Assembly: GCA_043775765.1 (NCBI GenBank)
Contig: JAYVSA010000429.1
Location: 1 to 31,970 of the forward strand
Origin: Breznakibacter sp.
Lineage (GTDB): Bacteria > Bacteroidota > Bacteroidia > Bacteroidales > Marinilabiliaceae
Length of the DNA stretch: 31,970 bases
Reading direction: 5' to 3'
Part shown: piece after piece, positions 9,415 through 18,298 of the stretch
Numbering within the stretch: position 1 is the stretch's first letter
Layout: each line of letters starts with the position of its first letter
Notes under the pieces: model-generated
Seen by the model: the letters and a program-made list of their open reading frames with translations, nothing else
What the model was told of the DNA's origin: nothing
Databases searched by the model: none
Translations under genes and position numbers: made by a program

Positions 9415-11357
9415 CGCTTGCTATATTTTTCTATTAATTCCTGAATCTTTAATACTCCTGCAACATTCATTGCCATTGAAACAGCGCCTTTCCCTTTATG
9501 GGGTGGATTTCCATTATACATCTCGGCAATACTACCAATACATAAATCTCTCATTTCCTCCTCAAAATTATCGAGTAAAGATTGAATGAGTCTGATTCCA
9601 TTTTCTTTGTATATATTCAAATAAGCATCTGCAAAAAAGGGTGTTAGCCACGGCCAAACAGTTCCCTGATGAAAAGCGTATTCTCTGGTTCGTTGATCTC
9701 CTTCAATGAGACCATTGTATTTAGGATCTTGCGGAGAGAGTGACCGTAATCCTTTAGGAGTAAGTAACTCATCTTTCACAATTTTCAGAATTAACACTTG
9801 CTGATCGCGATTTAAGGGAGAATAACCCATACCTACAGCAAAAAGCATATTTGGGCGTATGGAGTTATCTTTATAATCATTTAAAACATAATCATAGAGA
9901 CAATGTCGGTTTTCGTCCCAAAAAACCTCAAGAAATGAATTTTTAACCTTCTCGGCAATTGGCGTCCACTCTTCAAGAACCTTCTTGTCTTTGAGTTCAC
10001 CAGCGAGCTCAAGAGCAAAGCAGATTGCATTATACCACCAAGCATTAACCTCAACAGGACAACCCGCTCTCGGTGTTATTGGAGACCCATCAACACTACC
10101 GTCCATCCATGTTAGTGCCTTATGCGGTTCACTGGCATAAATAAGTCCATTCTCGAGCATGAACACATTAGACGCAGGAGAATTTTTATACATCTCCAAA
10201 ATCTCAATTAATATTGGATAATGATTCTTCCACAAGTCTGATTTTGAACAGTTTTTGCGGCACTCCTGAAAGGTATAAAACAGAAGAAGTGGTGCGCCAG
10301 CGGTATCAAAGAGACCTTTCTGTGATGATTTTTTTAGACCAATATATTGTTGGCGAATTGTATCAATAGCTGACTCTACAATTTCTTGAAATGAATCCGA
10401 ATCCTTAAGCGCAGAGGCAACAGAAGGCAATGCAATTAAGGTATCTCTCAATCGTGGACTGTACCAATGATAGCCCGCGATTAGCTGTTTCTTTCCATTT
10501 TTTTCAATTAGGAATTGTTGGAAAGAGTTTCTAAGATTATTATAAAGATTATCCCGATGAATTCGATCGGAAGTTTCACTTTCAAAACTTTTTAAAAATG
10601 ATTTTGGTTCAGACTCGGTCGTTGAGGCAGAAAATATAATACTTTCACCTTTTTTAATTGGGATTTCAAAATATCCAGGAACAAATAAATCTTCATGGTA
10701 ATTATTTCCTCGCTCTTGCTCCTTAAGATATTCGATACCGATATACCAATCTGGAACAGGCACAAATTCGGGCTCTTTGCTGAACTGCATAAATAAATCA
10801 GGGAATCCAGTATATAAATTCATCGCAATTCCCTTGTTGGCTGGTCTATATTTATAGTTAACATCCATGTTTTGCACACAAAGGGATTTCACGTTGCGAA
10901 ATGCAAGAAAGGGCTTAAACTTTAGAATTGTATCGGATGTTGCTTCCAGAAGGGTATACTTTAAAAGAATTTGCTCTTTATTCTTTACAAAAAGAAATTC
11001 AACCGATAAAACAACGCCTCCAACCCGATAAGTAGTTTTTGGTATCACCTCAAAATCAAGACTTTCAATATATTTATGACCTTTAGGCTCAAAGTTATTT
11101 CCATTATACTTATGGATTCCTAAATTAAATTCCTTCTCATGTTGCACCACTGAAACATCGAGAGAAGAGAGCAAGACATGGCGTTCACCTCCAAAGTTTT
11201 CGAGTGGACAAACTAATAAGCCATGATACTTTCGGGTATTACAACCAATGATAGAAGAACTTGAGTAGGAGCCTGAACGATTGGTTCTCAAAATCTCTTT
11301 AAATAGAGAATACTCTAGATTAATCAATTTTGATTTGTCGAAAGAGAGATAAGACAT
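9411..11357 (-). CDS. Glycogen debranching enzyme / amylo-alpha-1,6-glucosidase (GDE_N + GDE_C, GH133-like)
   Basis: RKYHGLLV N-terminal domain; AGYHW..RDT, LTWMD, PRAGCPVEVNAWWYNA, SIRPN, GLRSLSP, YHQG-like FHQGTVWPWL and GSIAEMYNG. Confidence 0.9.
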   Translation of the reverse strand: MSYLSFDKSKLINLEYSLFKEILRTNRSGSYSSSSIIGCNTRKYHGLLVCPLENFGGERHVLLSSLDVSVVQHEKEFNLGIHKYNGNNFEPKGHKYIESLDFEVIPKTTYRVGGVVLSVEFLFVKNKEQILLKYTLLEATSDTILKFKPFLAFRNVKSLCVQNMDVNYKYRPANKGIAMNLYTGFPDLFMQFSKEPEFVPVPDWYIGIEYLKEQERGNNYHEDLFVPGYFEIPIKKGESIIFSASTTESEPKSFLKSFESETSDRIHRDNLYNNLRNSFQQFLIEKNGKKQLIAGYHWYSPRLRDTLIALPSVASALKDSDSFQEIVESAIDTIRQQYIGLKKSSQKGLFDTAGAPLLLFYTFQECRKNCSKSDLWKNHYPILIEILEMYKNSPASNVFMLENGLIYASEPHKALTWMDGSVDGSPITPRAGCPVEVNAWWYNAICFALELAGELKDKKVLEEWTPIAEKVKNSFLEVFWDENRHCLYDYVLNDYKDNSIRPNMLFAVGMGYSPLNRDQQVLILKIVKDELLTPKGLRSLSPQDPKYNGLIEGDQRTREYAFHQGTVWPWLTPFFADAYLNIYKENGIRLIQSLLDNFEEEMRDLCIGSIAEMYNGNPPHKGKGAVSMAMNVAGVLKIQELIEKYSKR

Positions 11358-11423
11358 AATCTATAAATTTGTACTATTATCGTAAAATAATTACCTGCAA
11401 AAAAAGGAACACCGTCCAATATA

Positions 11424-11431
11424 CAAAAATA
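11424..11431 (-). promoter_or_regulatory. Candidate Bacteroidota -7 promoter box for the glycogen operon
   Basis: TATTTTTG on the minus strand matches TAnnTTTG, ~66 nt upstream of the ATG at 11357. No well-spaced -33 element. Confidence 0.3.
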
Positions 11432-11531
11432 AAAGTTAAATAGAGCAAGCCCTAAATTTTAATCAAATAAAAATGCGCTTTCGTCATCGAAAATCAAAGG
11501 TTAGTCAATATTCCATCAGGCAAACACTCAC

Positions 11532-11546
11532 CGCAAACGTTTTCAT
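11532..11546. promoter_or_regulatory. Candidate LacI/GalR-family operator
   Basis: CGCAAACGTTTTCAT contains the AAACGTTT palindromic core typical of LacI-family sites, ~175 nt upstream of the glycogen operon start. Confidence 0.35.
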
Positions 11547-11552
11547 AACTAT

Positions 11553-12581
11553 TTAGCCATTATTTTCAAGACATTTAAAGAGGGTATTTACTTGCTCTTT
11601 AAAATTATTCGAGATACAATACTGATGATTTTTCTTGAATAAATCCACTTTTTGTTTAAGATTTAATAGAAACTTATAATATTCATCACCCCGAGAATTA
11701 AATGGTCTGTGATTCAAATCATTTAAAATTTTATTGTAATCTTTTGCTAAAACGGATGTTGAATCATGGAAAAAGGTTTCAACGAATCTGCTCCAGATAT
11801 AATTTACAGCAGTACTATTCAAATGCACCAAGTCATCGGAGAAAAATCGATAGTCGCGCAGCTCATCTAGCACAATTTCGTAGGCAGGGAAATATGTGAT
11901 TTGTGGAAATATTTCTTGAAGTTTTGCGATGGCTAAAATTAAGGTTGACTTGCTAGTATTATTTCGCTGTAAGCCATCTTTTAAATGCCTTATGGGACTA
12001 ATAGACAACACAATATTCAATGTTTTGGAGAGATTCAAGAGTTTCGTCAAAAGAGTTGTATAGGAATCAACAATCTCATCTATTTGCAAGAGTCGTTGAT
12101 TAAAGCATTTGGATGGATATTTGTGGCAATTGGCAACTAATTGAGTATTCTCATTGTATTCATAAACAAAAGCGCTACCGAAGGTTATAAAAAGAAAATC
12201 TGATTTATTGAGAAACTCTCCACTCTGGCCTAACTCCTGATTAACATTCGCCAAAAACACCTCCTTATTACTATTTGAGTAGGATGAATGATGATCAAAT
12301 GTGTGATATAACCCGTTTGCAAACAACACCTCTTCTTCAACATAGAATTTCTGACGCATCAAACGCTCAAGTTGCATTCCGATAGATATAGGGTTATAAA
12401 CTATGCCAAAAGGATTAATTTTGGTGTTTAGCCCAGAATTGGTGCATTTATCGCCAATATTCTGAGTAAAACAACTTCCTATAAATAGCAAATTCGAATT
12501 AGGCACGATTTTCCTTTCACTTGCTTCAAATTCAAACAAGGTACGAAAGGTTGTTTCAGATGCGGTTTTCGAATTATTCAT
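11553..12581 (-). CDS. GSCFA-domain protein (SGNH/GDSL-like fold, function unknown)
   Basis: FIGSCF motif, NPFGIVYNPISI, FITFGSAFVY, VANCHK, SPIRHLKDG, YFPAYEIVLDELRDYRFF and DLVH. Confidence 0.88.
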   Translation of the reverse strand: MNNSKTASETTFRTLFEFEASERKIVPNSNLLFIGSCFTQNIGDKCTNSGLNTKINPFGIVYNPISIGMQLERLMRQKFYVEEEVLFANGLYHTFDHHSSYSNSNKEVFLANVNQELGQSGEFLNKSDFLFITFGSAFVYEYNENTQLVANCHKYPSKCFNQRLLQIDEIVDSYTTLLTKLLNLSKTLNIVLSISPIRHLKDGLQRNNTSKSTLILAIAKLQEIFPQITYFPAYEIVLDELRDYRFFSDDLVHLNSTAVNYIWSRFVETFFHDSTSVLAKDYNKILNDLNHRPFNSRGDEYYKFLLNLKQKVDLFKKNHQYCISNNFKEQVNTLFKCLENNG

Positions 12582-12686
12582 GAGTTGAAAAAAATCAAGA
12601 CTACAGTAAATACTGAATCAAATAAAATTCAATATATGAAAACCTATTAAAAAACTATAAAAAAAGACGTATTATTTATAAGGAAC

Positions 12687-12716
12687 TTGGAATAAAAAGA
12701 ACTTAAACTAAATTTG
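12687..12716 (+). promoter_or_regulatory. Bacteroidota housekeeping promoter for yjbQ
   Basis: TTG (12687-12689), a 19-nt spacer, then TAAATTTG (12709-12716). This matches the TTG-N19-TAnnTTTG consensus. Confidence 0.6.
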
Positions 12717-12746
12717 CATTCATATTTACTCAATTGCGAAAATATT

Positions 12747-13157
12747 GTGCAGAAAATTCTAAACATTAAGACTCTTCAAACTGAAGAACTTGTAGATATT
12801 ACAGACCAAATAAAAGAGATTGTCCAAGAGAGCAATATCTTAACTGGAATGGTAAATGTGTACGTTCAGGGAGCTACGGCGGCCATCATGATTCAAGAGA
12901 ATTGGGATGAGTCTGTGCAACGTGATGTTGTTTCTCTTTTAAAGAAACTTATTCCAAAAGGCGTTTGGGAGCATGACCTGAAAGATACGAACGGAGATAG
13001 CCACATTAAATCGGGACTAGTAGGCCCAAGCGAGACAATTCCTATTATTGATGGCCATTTAGGGTTGAGCCCTTGGCAGAATATCTTTTTATGTGAATTT
13101 GATGGCCCAAAAAGTACAAGGCCAGTGATAATTACCATTTTCGGTACTACAAAATAG
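12747..13157 (+). CDS. yjbQ: YjbQ / UPF0047 family protein (annotated secondary thiamine-phosphate synthase)
   Basis: ATAAIMIQEN, WEHD, NGDSHIKSGLVGPS and WQNIFLCEFDGP. The ORF-track TTG start at 12714 lies inside the -7 promoter box, so I prefer the GTG at 12747. Confidence 0.85.
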   Translation: MQKILNIKTLQTEELVDITDQIKEIVQESNILTGMVNVYVQGATAAIMIQENWDESVQRDVVSLLKKLIPKGVWEHDLKDTNGDSHIKSGLVGPSETIPIIDGHLGLSPWQNIFLCEFDGPKSTRPVIITIFGTTK

Positions 13158-14091
13158 GTGAATTACGACTTATTGCTTTTAAATTTCGCTCAACACCACC
13201 AAACTTTGCTCGCTTAATTGGTGATTCTTTAAAAAGTGTGCTAAAGCGCTCCTGGGTTAAGCTAAACCAATCAACATGAGTCATTTGCAAAATATCCATT
13301 CGAGGTTCCAAACCTATAAAATCATTTGGGCGTGCCTTCCAATTCCAAGGGCATACATCTTGGCAGATATCACATCCATATAAACGGTTCTGCAGACTAT
13401 CTTTATCTAAATCAATTACATCACTCTTATTTTCAATGGTTAAGAAGGAGATACATTTATTAGAATCGATGGTTCGTAAATCTGTAATTGCCAATGTTGG
13501 ACAAGCATCGATGCACCGAGAACAACCGCCACACGCATCCTGAATAGGAGTATCGTAAGTAAGTTCTATATTAATAACAACCTCGGCAATAAAACAAAAA
13601 GAACCCAAACGCTTATGAATAAGGTTGCTGTTTTTGCCAATCCAACCCAACCCAGCTTTTACAGCGTACGCTCTTTCGAGAATTGGAGCCGAATCGGTAA
13701 AAAATCGGCCCTCTGCACTGGAATCAATTTCAGATTTAATATAATCGAGCAAAAGGTTTAGTGGCGCTTTTAAAACATTGTGATAATCGTTTCCATAAGC
13801 GTATTTTGCCAACACGGGAGAATCGGGATTCTGTTTGACCGAGGGATAATAATTCACCAAGAGAGAGATTACCGATTTGGCACCCTCAACAAGTTTAGAG
13901 GCATCGGTGCGCTTATCAAAATAATTTTCCATATATGCCATAGAGGCATTAAAACCACTATCTAGCCAAGCTTGAAGATTGACGCTATCTTGCTCAAGAT
14001 GAGTAGCCTGCGATATCCCGATGTCGGAAAATCCGAGTTCTTTTGCCTTTGCCTTAATTAAAGCAGTTGCTTCTTCACGAGAATGAAGCAT
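13147..14091 (-). CDS. queG: tRNA epoxyqueuosine(34) reductase
   Basis: YAYGNDYH, FTDSAPILER, AGLGWIGKN, CGGCSRCIDACPT, CISFLTIE and YGCDICQDVCPWN (two 4Fe-4S motifs). Confidence 0.95.
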   Translation of the reverse strand: MLHSREEATALIKAKAKELGFSDIGISQATHLEQDSVNLQAWLDSGFNASMAYMENYFDKRTDASKLVEGAKSVISLLVNYYPSVKQNPDSPVLAKYAYGNDYHNVLKAPLNLLLDYIKSEIDSSAEGRFFTDSAPILERAYAVKAGLGWIGKNSNLIHKRLGSFCFIAEVVINIELTYDTPIQDACGGCSRCIDACPTLAITDLRTIDSNKCISFLTIENKSDVIDLDKDSLQNRLYGCDICQDVCPWNWKARPNDFIGLEPRMDILQMTHVDWFSLTQERFSTLFKESPIKRAKFGGVERNLKAISRNSPIL

Positions 14092-14101
14092 TTAGAAAAT
14101 A

Positions 14102-14416
14102 TTAAAGTAAGCCTAATTCGAGCAATGCCTCTTCAGAAAGCATATCTTTACTCCAAGCAGGGTCGAATGTAAGATTTAAATCAACACTTTTTACGCCAGG
14201 AATAGCACTTACTTTATCGTGAACCTCCTCGGGCATAGACTCTGCAACTGGACAGTTTGGCGATGTTAAAGTCATGACCACCTTAACATGAAAATCCTCT
14301 TCAACATTGATTTCGTATATCAAACCTAAGTCGTAAATATTTACAGGTATTTCGGGGTCGAAGATGGTTTTTAAAACCTGTACAATCTCCTCTTCTATTT
14401 TTAGTGTATCACTCAT
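14102..14416 (-). CDS. sufT: SUF system Fe-S assembly protein, DUF59/SufT (MIP18 family)
   Basis: DPEIPVNIYDLGLIY, MTLTSPNCP and LTFDPAW; located in the suf operon. Confidence 0.88.
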   Translation of the reverse strand: MSDTLKIEEEIVQVLKTIFDPEIPVNIYDLGLIYEINVEEDFHVKVVMTLTSPNCPVAESMPEEVHDKVSAIPGVKSVDLNLTFDPAWSKDMLSEEALLELGLL

Positions 14417-14426
14417 GACAATAAAT

Positions 14427-14849
14427 TTAACCTAATTTTGTTTTGTAAGCCAATGCAAATAATCGCATCTGTTTAATCATTGATAATAAGCCATTTGAAC
14501 GTGTTGGCGAGAGATGTTCTTTTAACCCAATTTGATCAACAAAAAACAACTCTGAATTTAAGATTTCATCGGGTGTGCGATTCGAATAAACCCGAATGAG
14601 CAAGGCGATGATTCCTTTGGTAATAATGGCATCACTATCTGCAGTAAAAACAATTTTACCGTCTATAAGTTCACCATCGAGCCAAACTCGTGACTGGCAA
14701 CCTTCTATCAGATTTTGCACCACCCTACTCTTCTCGTCAAAATTGGTCAAATCGTTTCCAATTTCAATGATGTAAGAATATCTTGCCATCCAATCATCAA
14801 ACGATGCAAACTCCTCTATTATCTCCTCTTGAACCTCATTAATACTCAT
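14427..14849 (-). CDS. sufE: Cysteine desulfuration protein SufE
   Basis: IEGCQSRVWL (acceptor Cys), ADSDAIITKG and LSPTRSNGL. Confidence 0.93.
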   Translation of the reverse strand: MSINEVQEEIIEEFASFDDWMARYSYIIEIGNDLTNFDEKSRVVQNLIEGCQSRVWLDGELIDGKIVFTADSDAIITKGIIALLIRVYSNRTPDEILNSELFFVDQIGLKEHLSPTRSNGLLSMIKQMRLFALAYKTKLG

Positions 14850-14853
14850 ACGA

Positions 14854-16071
14854 CTATGATAATATATTTGTAACCAATTTTATTGATTTCACTAGCTCAT
14901 CAATCTCCTCCTTGGTGTTGTAAAATGCGAGAGAGGCTCTAACTGTGCCAGGAATTTTAAATTTATCCATTACTGGTTGAGCGCAATGGTGACCTGTTCG
15001 AATAGCGATGCCTAATTTATCGAGCAGAGTACCCATATCGAAAGGATGAATATCATTAATCAAAAAAGAGAATAAACTCGTTCTGTTTTTTGCTCTGCCA
15101 ATAAAACGAATGCCCTCAATAGAGGACAATTGCCTTTCAGCGTACTCATACAACTCATGTTCGTACTGTTCAATCTCATGAAAACCAATTCCATTCAAGT
15201 AATTAATTGCTTCAGCTAAACCAATTGCAGCCACATAATCGGGCGTGCCAGCTTCAAACTTAAACGGCAATTCGTTGTAAATCGTATTTTCAAAAGTAAC
15301 GCTCTTAATCATTTCACCACCGCCCTGATAAGGAGGCATTGCATTGAGTAATTCCTTTTTTCCATAAAGAATACCAATACCATTTGGCCCGTAAAGTTTA
15401 TGACCAGAAAAGACATAAAAATCGCAATCCAAGGCCTTAACATCCACTTTTATGTGTTGTATTGCTTGAGCGCCATCAATTAAAATCTTAACCCCTCTTT
15501 TATGAGCAATAGCGATGATCTCTTTTATAGGATTAATTGTACCTAAAGCATTGCTCACTTGAGTAATGGCAATAAGTTTTGTTTTTGATGTAATGAGGGA
15601 ATCCAACAGGTTAACATCCAGCTCGCCATTCATATCTGAACGAAAGACTTTAATTGACGCCCCTTTTCTTTGAGCTACCATTTGCCAAGGTACGATATTG
15701 GAATGATGCTCCATATCTGACAAGATAATCTCATCACCAGCCTCAAGAAAAGCCTCACCAAAAGAGAAAGCCACTAAATTAATTGATTCAGTAGTACCTC
15801 TGGTAAAAATTGTTTCATCGGTATCGGCGTTAATGAATTCTGCAACCGTTTTTCTAGCACCTTCGTATGCTTCAGTGGCATATCCACTCAAATAATGCAC
15901 ACCACGATGAATGTTGCTATTATATTCACGATAAACCCGATCTAACGCCTCTAAAACTTGAGTGGGCTTTTGTGTCGTTGCACCATTATCGAGATAGATT
16001 AGTGGTTTATTGTGCACTAATCTTGATAAAATAGGAAAATCCTTGCGAATTTTATAAACATCAAAAGCCAT
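14854..16071 (-). CDS. sufS: Cysteine desulfurase SufS (type II)
   Basis: YLDNGATTQKP, MEHHSNIVPWQ, DGAQ, FSGHKLYGP (PLP Lys) and RTGHHCAQP (catalytic Cys). Confidence 0.95.
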   Translation of the reverse strand: MAFDVYKIRKDFPILSRLVHNKPLIYLDNGATTQKPTQVLEALDRVYREYNSNIHRGVHYLSGYATEAYEGARKTVAEFINADTDETIFTRGTTESINLVAFSFGEAFLEAGDEIILSDMEHHSNIVPWQMVAQRKGASIKVFRSDMNGELDVNLLDSLITSKTKLIAITQVSNALGTINPIKEIIAIAHKRGVKILIDGAQAIQHIKVDVKALDCDFYVFSGHKLYGPNGIGILYGKKELLNAMPPYQGGGEMIKSVTFENTIYNELPFKFEAGTPDYVAAIGLAEAINYLNGIGFHEIEQYEHELYEYAERQLSSIEGIRFIGRAKNRTSLFSFLINDIHPFDMGTLLDKLGIAIRTGHHCAQPVMDKFKIPGTVRASLAFYNTKEEIDELVKSIKLVTNILS

Positions 16072-16090
16072 TCAATTTGTATTTGGGTAA

Positions 16091-17467
16091 TTAATTTTCC
16101 GATTTTCCACACACCACACAAGATGTGCATTTATTTAATTCGCCTCTAAAAGTTTTTTCCACCAAATCACGTATTTGCTCTTTCAACGGAGCCACGCGAA
16201 TCTTTTCAATTACTTCATAAGCAAAGGCATACATCAACAAAATTCTGGCCTCTTCCATACCAACGCCACGTGAGCGTATGTAAAAGAGCGCATTATCATC
16301 GAGCTGACCAATAGTAGCACCATGTGAACACTTAACATCATCTGCATAAATTTCCAACTGAGGTTTTGTGTTTATCTTAGCATCTGAAGTGATAAGCAAA
16401 TTATTGTTGCGCTGAAAAGCATTTGTCTTTTGGGCACCTTTTGCCACGTAAATACGACCCGAAAAAGCACCTGTAGAGCTATCGTCTAAAACACCTTTAT
16501 AAAGCTCGCTACTTTGACAAGATGGCGCGTTGTGGGCAATGTAAGTATAGTTATCTACATGCTGATTTTTGTCGCACAAATACAACCCATACATATTTGC
16601 CTCGCTATTTTCACCGTTAAGAGAAATCAACGTATTATTGCGAGAAAGACCTGTATGTAAATTCAAATGATTAGTAAGAACATTAGAACCAGAAGCCTGG
16701 GATACTGCCACCATATTAATGGCGGTGCTTTGATTGTGCAAATTCTGAATATTGTAAAACTCAAAAGAGGCATCAGCAGCAACAACTACTTCCGTAACAC
16801 TGTTTACCAAAAAGCTCGTATCTGTAAGAGTATGATCGCAATAGAGCAGTTTCACTTGTGCACCTTTATCAACAACCACAAAATTGCGCTGATAAATGGC
16901 AGCATCTTTATGTGCTGAGAATATATTTACAACCTGAATAGGTTTATCTACAATTACATTTTCGGGGATATGAATAAAAACGCCATCCTGAGCAAAGGCT
17001 GTATTCAGTGCCGCTATCGGATCGAGCGAAGCTTTTGCTATTTGGCCATAAGCGCTCAAAAATAACTCTTGCGATGTTTTACTATGTTCTCCAAAACTAC
17101 CTACTACCACGCCCTTTGGAAGTAAACTCACTTGAGAACAAAGTTCATCGAACCAACCATTTACAACATAAATATTGTAAGTATCCATATTTGGAACAGC
17201 ACACTGAAAGCTGCTAATTGCGGCATCGTAACTCGATTCTTTAGAAAAGAAATTGATGTATGGATGCGAATAAGCTGGTATTAGATTGGTGTATTTATAA
17301 TTCTCATTAAAACGCGACGGGATTCCAACGCGCATGAACTCAGACAATCCACTATCTCTCAGACGATTAACAGCATCTGAACAACCTTTATCTAAAAGAG
17401 CTCTGTTTTCTTTAAAGAGTAACGCTAATTGCTCCTCAAACTTCTCAGATTGCCTAGTATTATTCAT
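16091..17467 (-). CDS. sufD: Fe-S cluster assembly protein SufD
   Basis: ENYKYT, NTAFAQDG, YKGVLD, FSGRIYV, KPQLEIYADDVKCSHGAT and FYIRSRG. I moved the start from 17635 to the ATG at 17467 (MNNTRQ) because the longer ORF overlaps sufC out of frame. Confidence 0.93.
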   Translation of the reverse strand: MNNTRQSEKFEEQLALLFKENRALLDKGCSDAVNRLRDSGLSEFMRVGIPSRFNENYKYTNLIPAYSHPYINFFSKESSYDAAISSFQCAVPNMDTYNIYVVNGWFDELCSQVSLLPKGVVVGSFGEHSKTSQELFLSAYGQIAKASLDPIAALNTAFAQDGVFIHIPENVIVDKPIQVVNIFSAHKDAAIYQRNFVVVDKGAQVKLLYCDHTLTDTSFLVNSVTEVVVAADASFEFYNIQNLHNQSTAINMVAVSQASGSNVLTNHLNLHTGLSRNNTLISLNGENSEANMYGLYLCDKNQHVDNYTYIAHNAPSCQSSELYKGVLDDSSTGAFSGRIYVAKGAQKTNAFQRNNNLLITSDAKINTKPQLEIYADDVKCSHGATIGQLDDNALFYIRSRGVGMEEARILLMYAFAYEVIEKIRVAPLKEQIRDLVEKTFRGELNKCTSCVVCGKSEN

Positions 17468-17513
17468 TATAAAATCTTTTTGTTGATAAATTAGCCACGG
17501 AAACAACTCGAAG

Positions 17514-18266
17514 TTAATCTTCAAACTCTTTCTTAATCCAGTCGTAACCCTTTTCTTCCAATTCATGAACGAGCTCTTTGCCCGCCGACATAACGATACG
17601 GCCTTTGTAAAGAACATGTACAAAATCGGGAACAATATAATCTAGCAGACGCTGATAATGAGTAATTACAATGGTAGCATTTTCGGCTGTTTTCAACTTA
17701 TTTACCCCGTTGGCAACAATACGCAAAGCATCGATATCGAGCCCAGAATCGGTTTCGTCAAGAATTGCTAATTTGGGTTGAAGCATTGCCATCTGAAAAA
17801 TTTCATTTTTCTTTTTCTCACCGCCAGAGAACCCCTCATTTACAGAACGATTGGTTAGATTTGAGTCAATTTCGACCAAATTCTTCTTCTCGCGCATAAG
17901 CTTCAGAAAGTCACTTGCAGAGAGAGGTTGTTCATTCCTATATTTGCGATGTTCATTCACGGCCGTGCGCATGAAGTTGGTCATAGAAACTCCAGGTATC
18001 TCTATTGGATATTGAAAGCTCAAAAAAATGCCCTCTCTTGAACGATTCTCTGGAGACAACTCCAAAAGGTCTTTGCCATTAAACGTGACAGATCCTTCAC
18101 AAACATTGAACTTCGTATTGCCTGCAAGAACGGAGGAGAGCGTACTTTTACCAGAACCATTGGGCCCCATAATAGCATGAACTTCACCTGGCTTAATGGT
18201 TAAATTAATTCCACGAAGAATCTCCTTGTTATCAATTTTTGCGTGTAAATTCTTTATTACTAACAT
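17514..18266 (-). CDS. sufC: Fe-S cluster assembly ATPase SufC
   Basis: Walker A GPNGSGKST, FLSFQYP, signature NEGFSGGEKK and Walker B ILDETDSGLD. Confidence 0.96.
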   Translation of the reverse strand: MLVIKNLHAKIDNKEILRGINLTIKPGEVHAIMGPNGSGKSTLSSVLAGNTKFNVCEGSVTFNGKDLLELSPENRSREGIFLSFQYPIEIPGVSMTNFMRTAVNEHRKYRNEQPLSASDFLKLMREKKNLVEIDSNLTNRSVNEGFSGGEKKKNEIFQMAMLQPKLAILDETDSGLDIDALRIVANGVNKLKTAENATIVITHYQRLLDYIVPDFVHVLYKGRIVMSAGKELVHELEEKGYDWIKKEFED

Positions 18267-18298
18267 CTTATATCGAATAAATGACTTTATAAAAACAA

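Noticed and set aside
17468-17635. 56-aa N-terminal extension of SufD overlapping sufC
   Set aside because: It is an alternative frame of sufC with no SufD-like character. The ATG at 17467 gives a normal-length protein.
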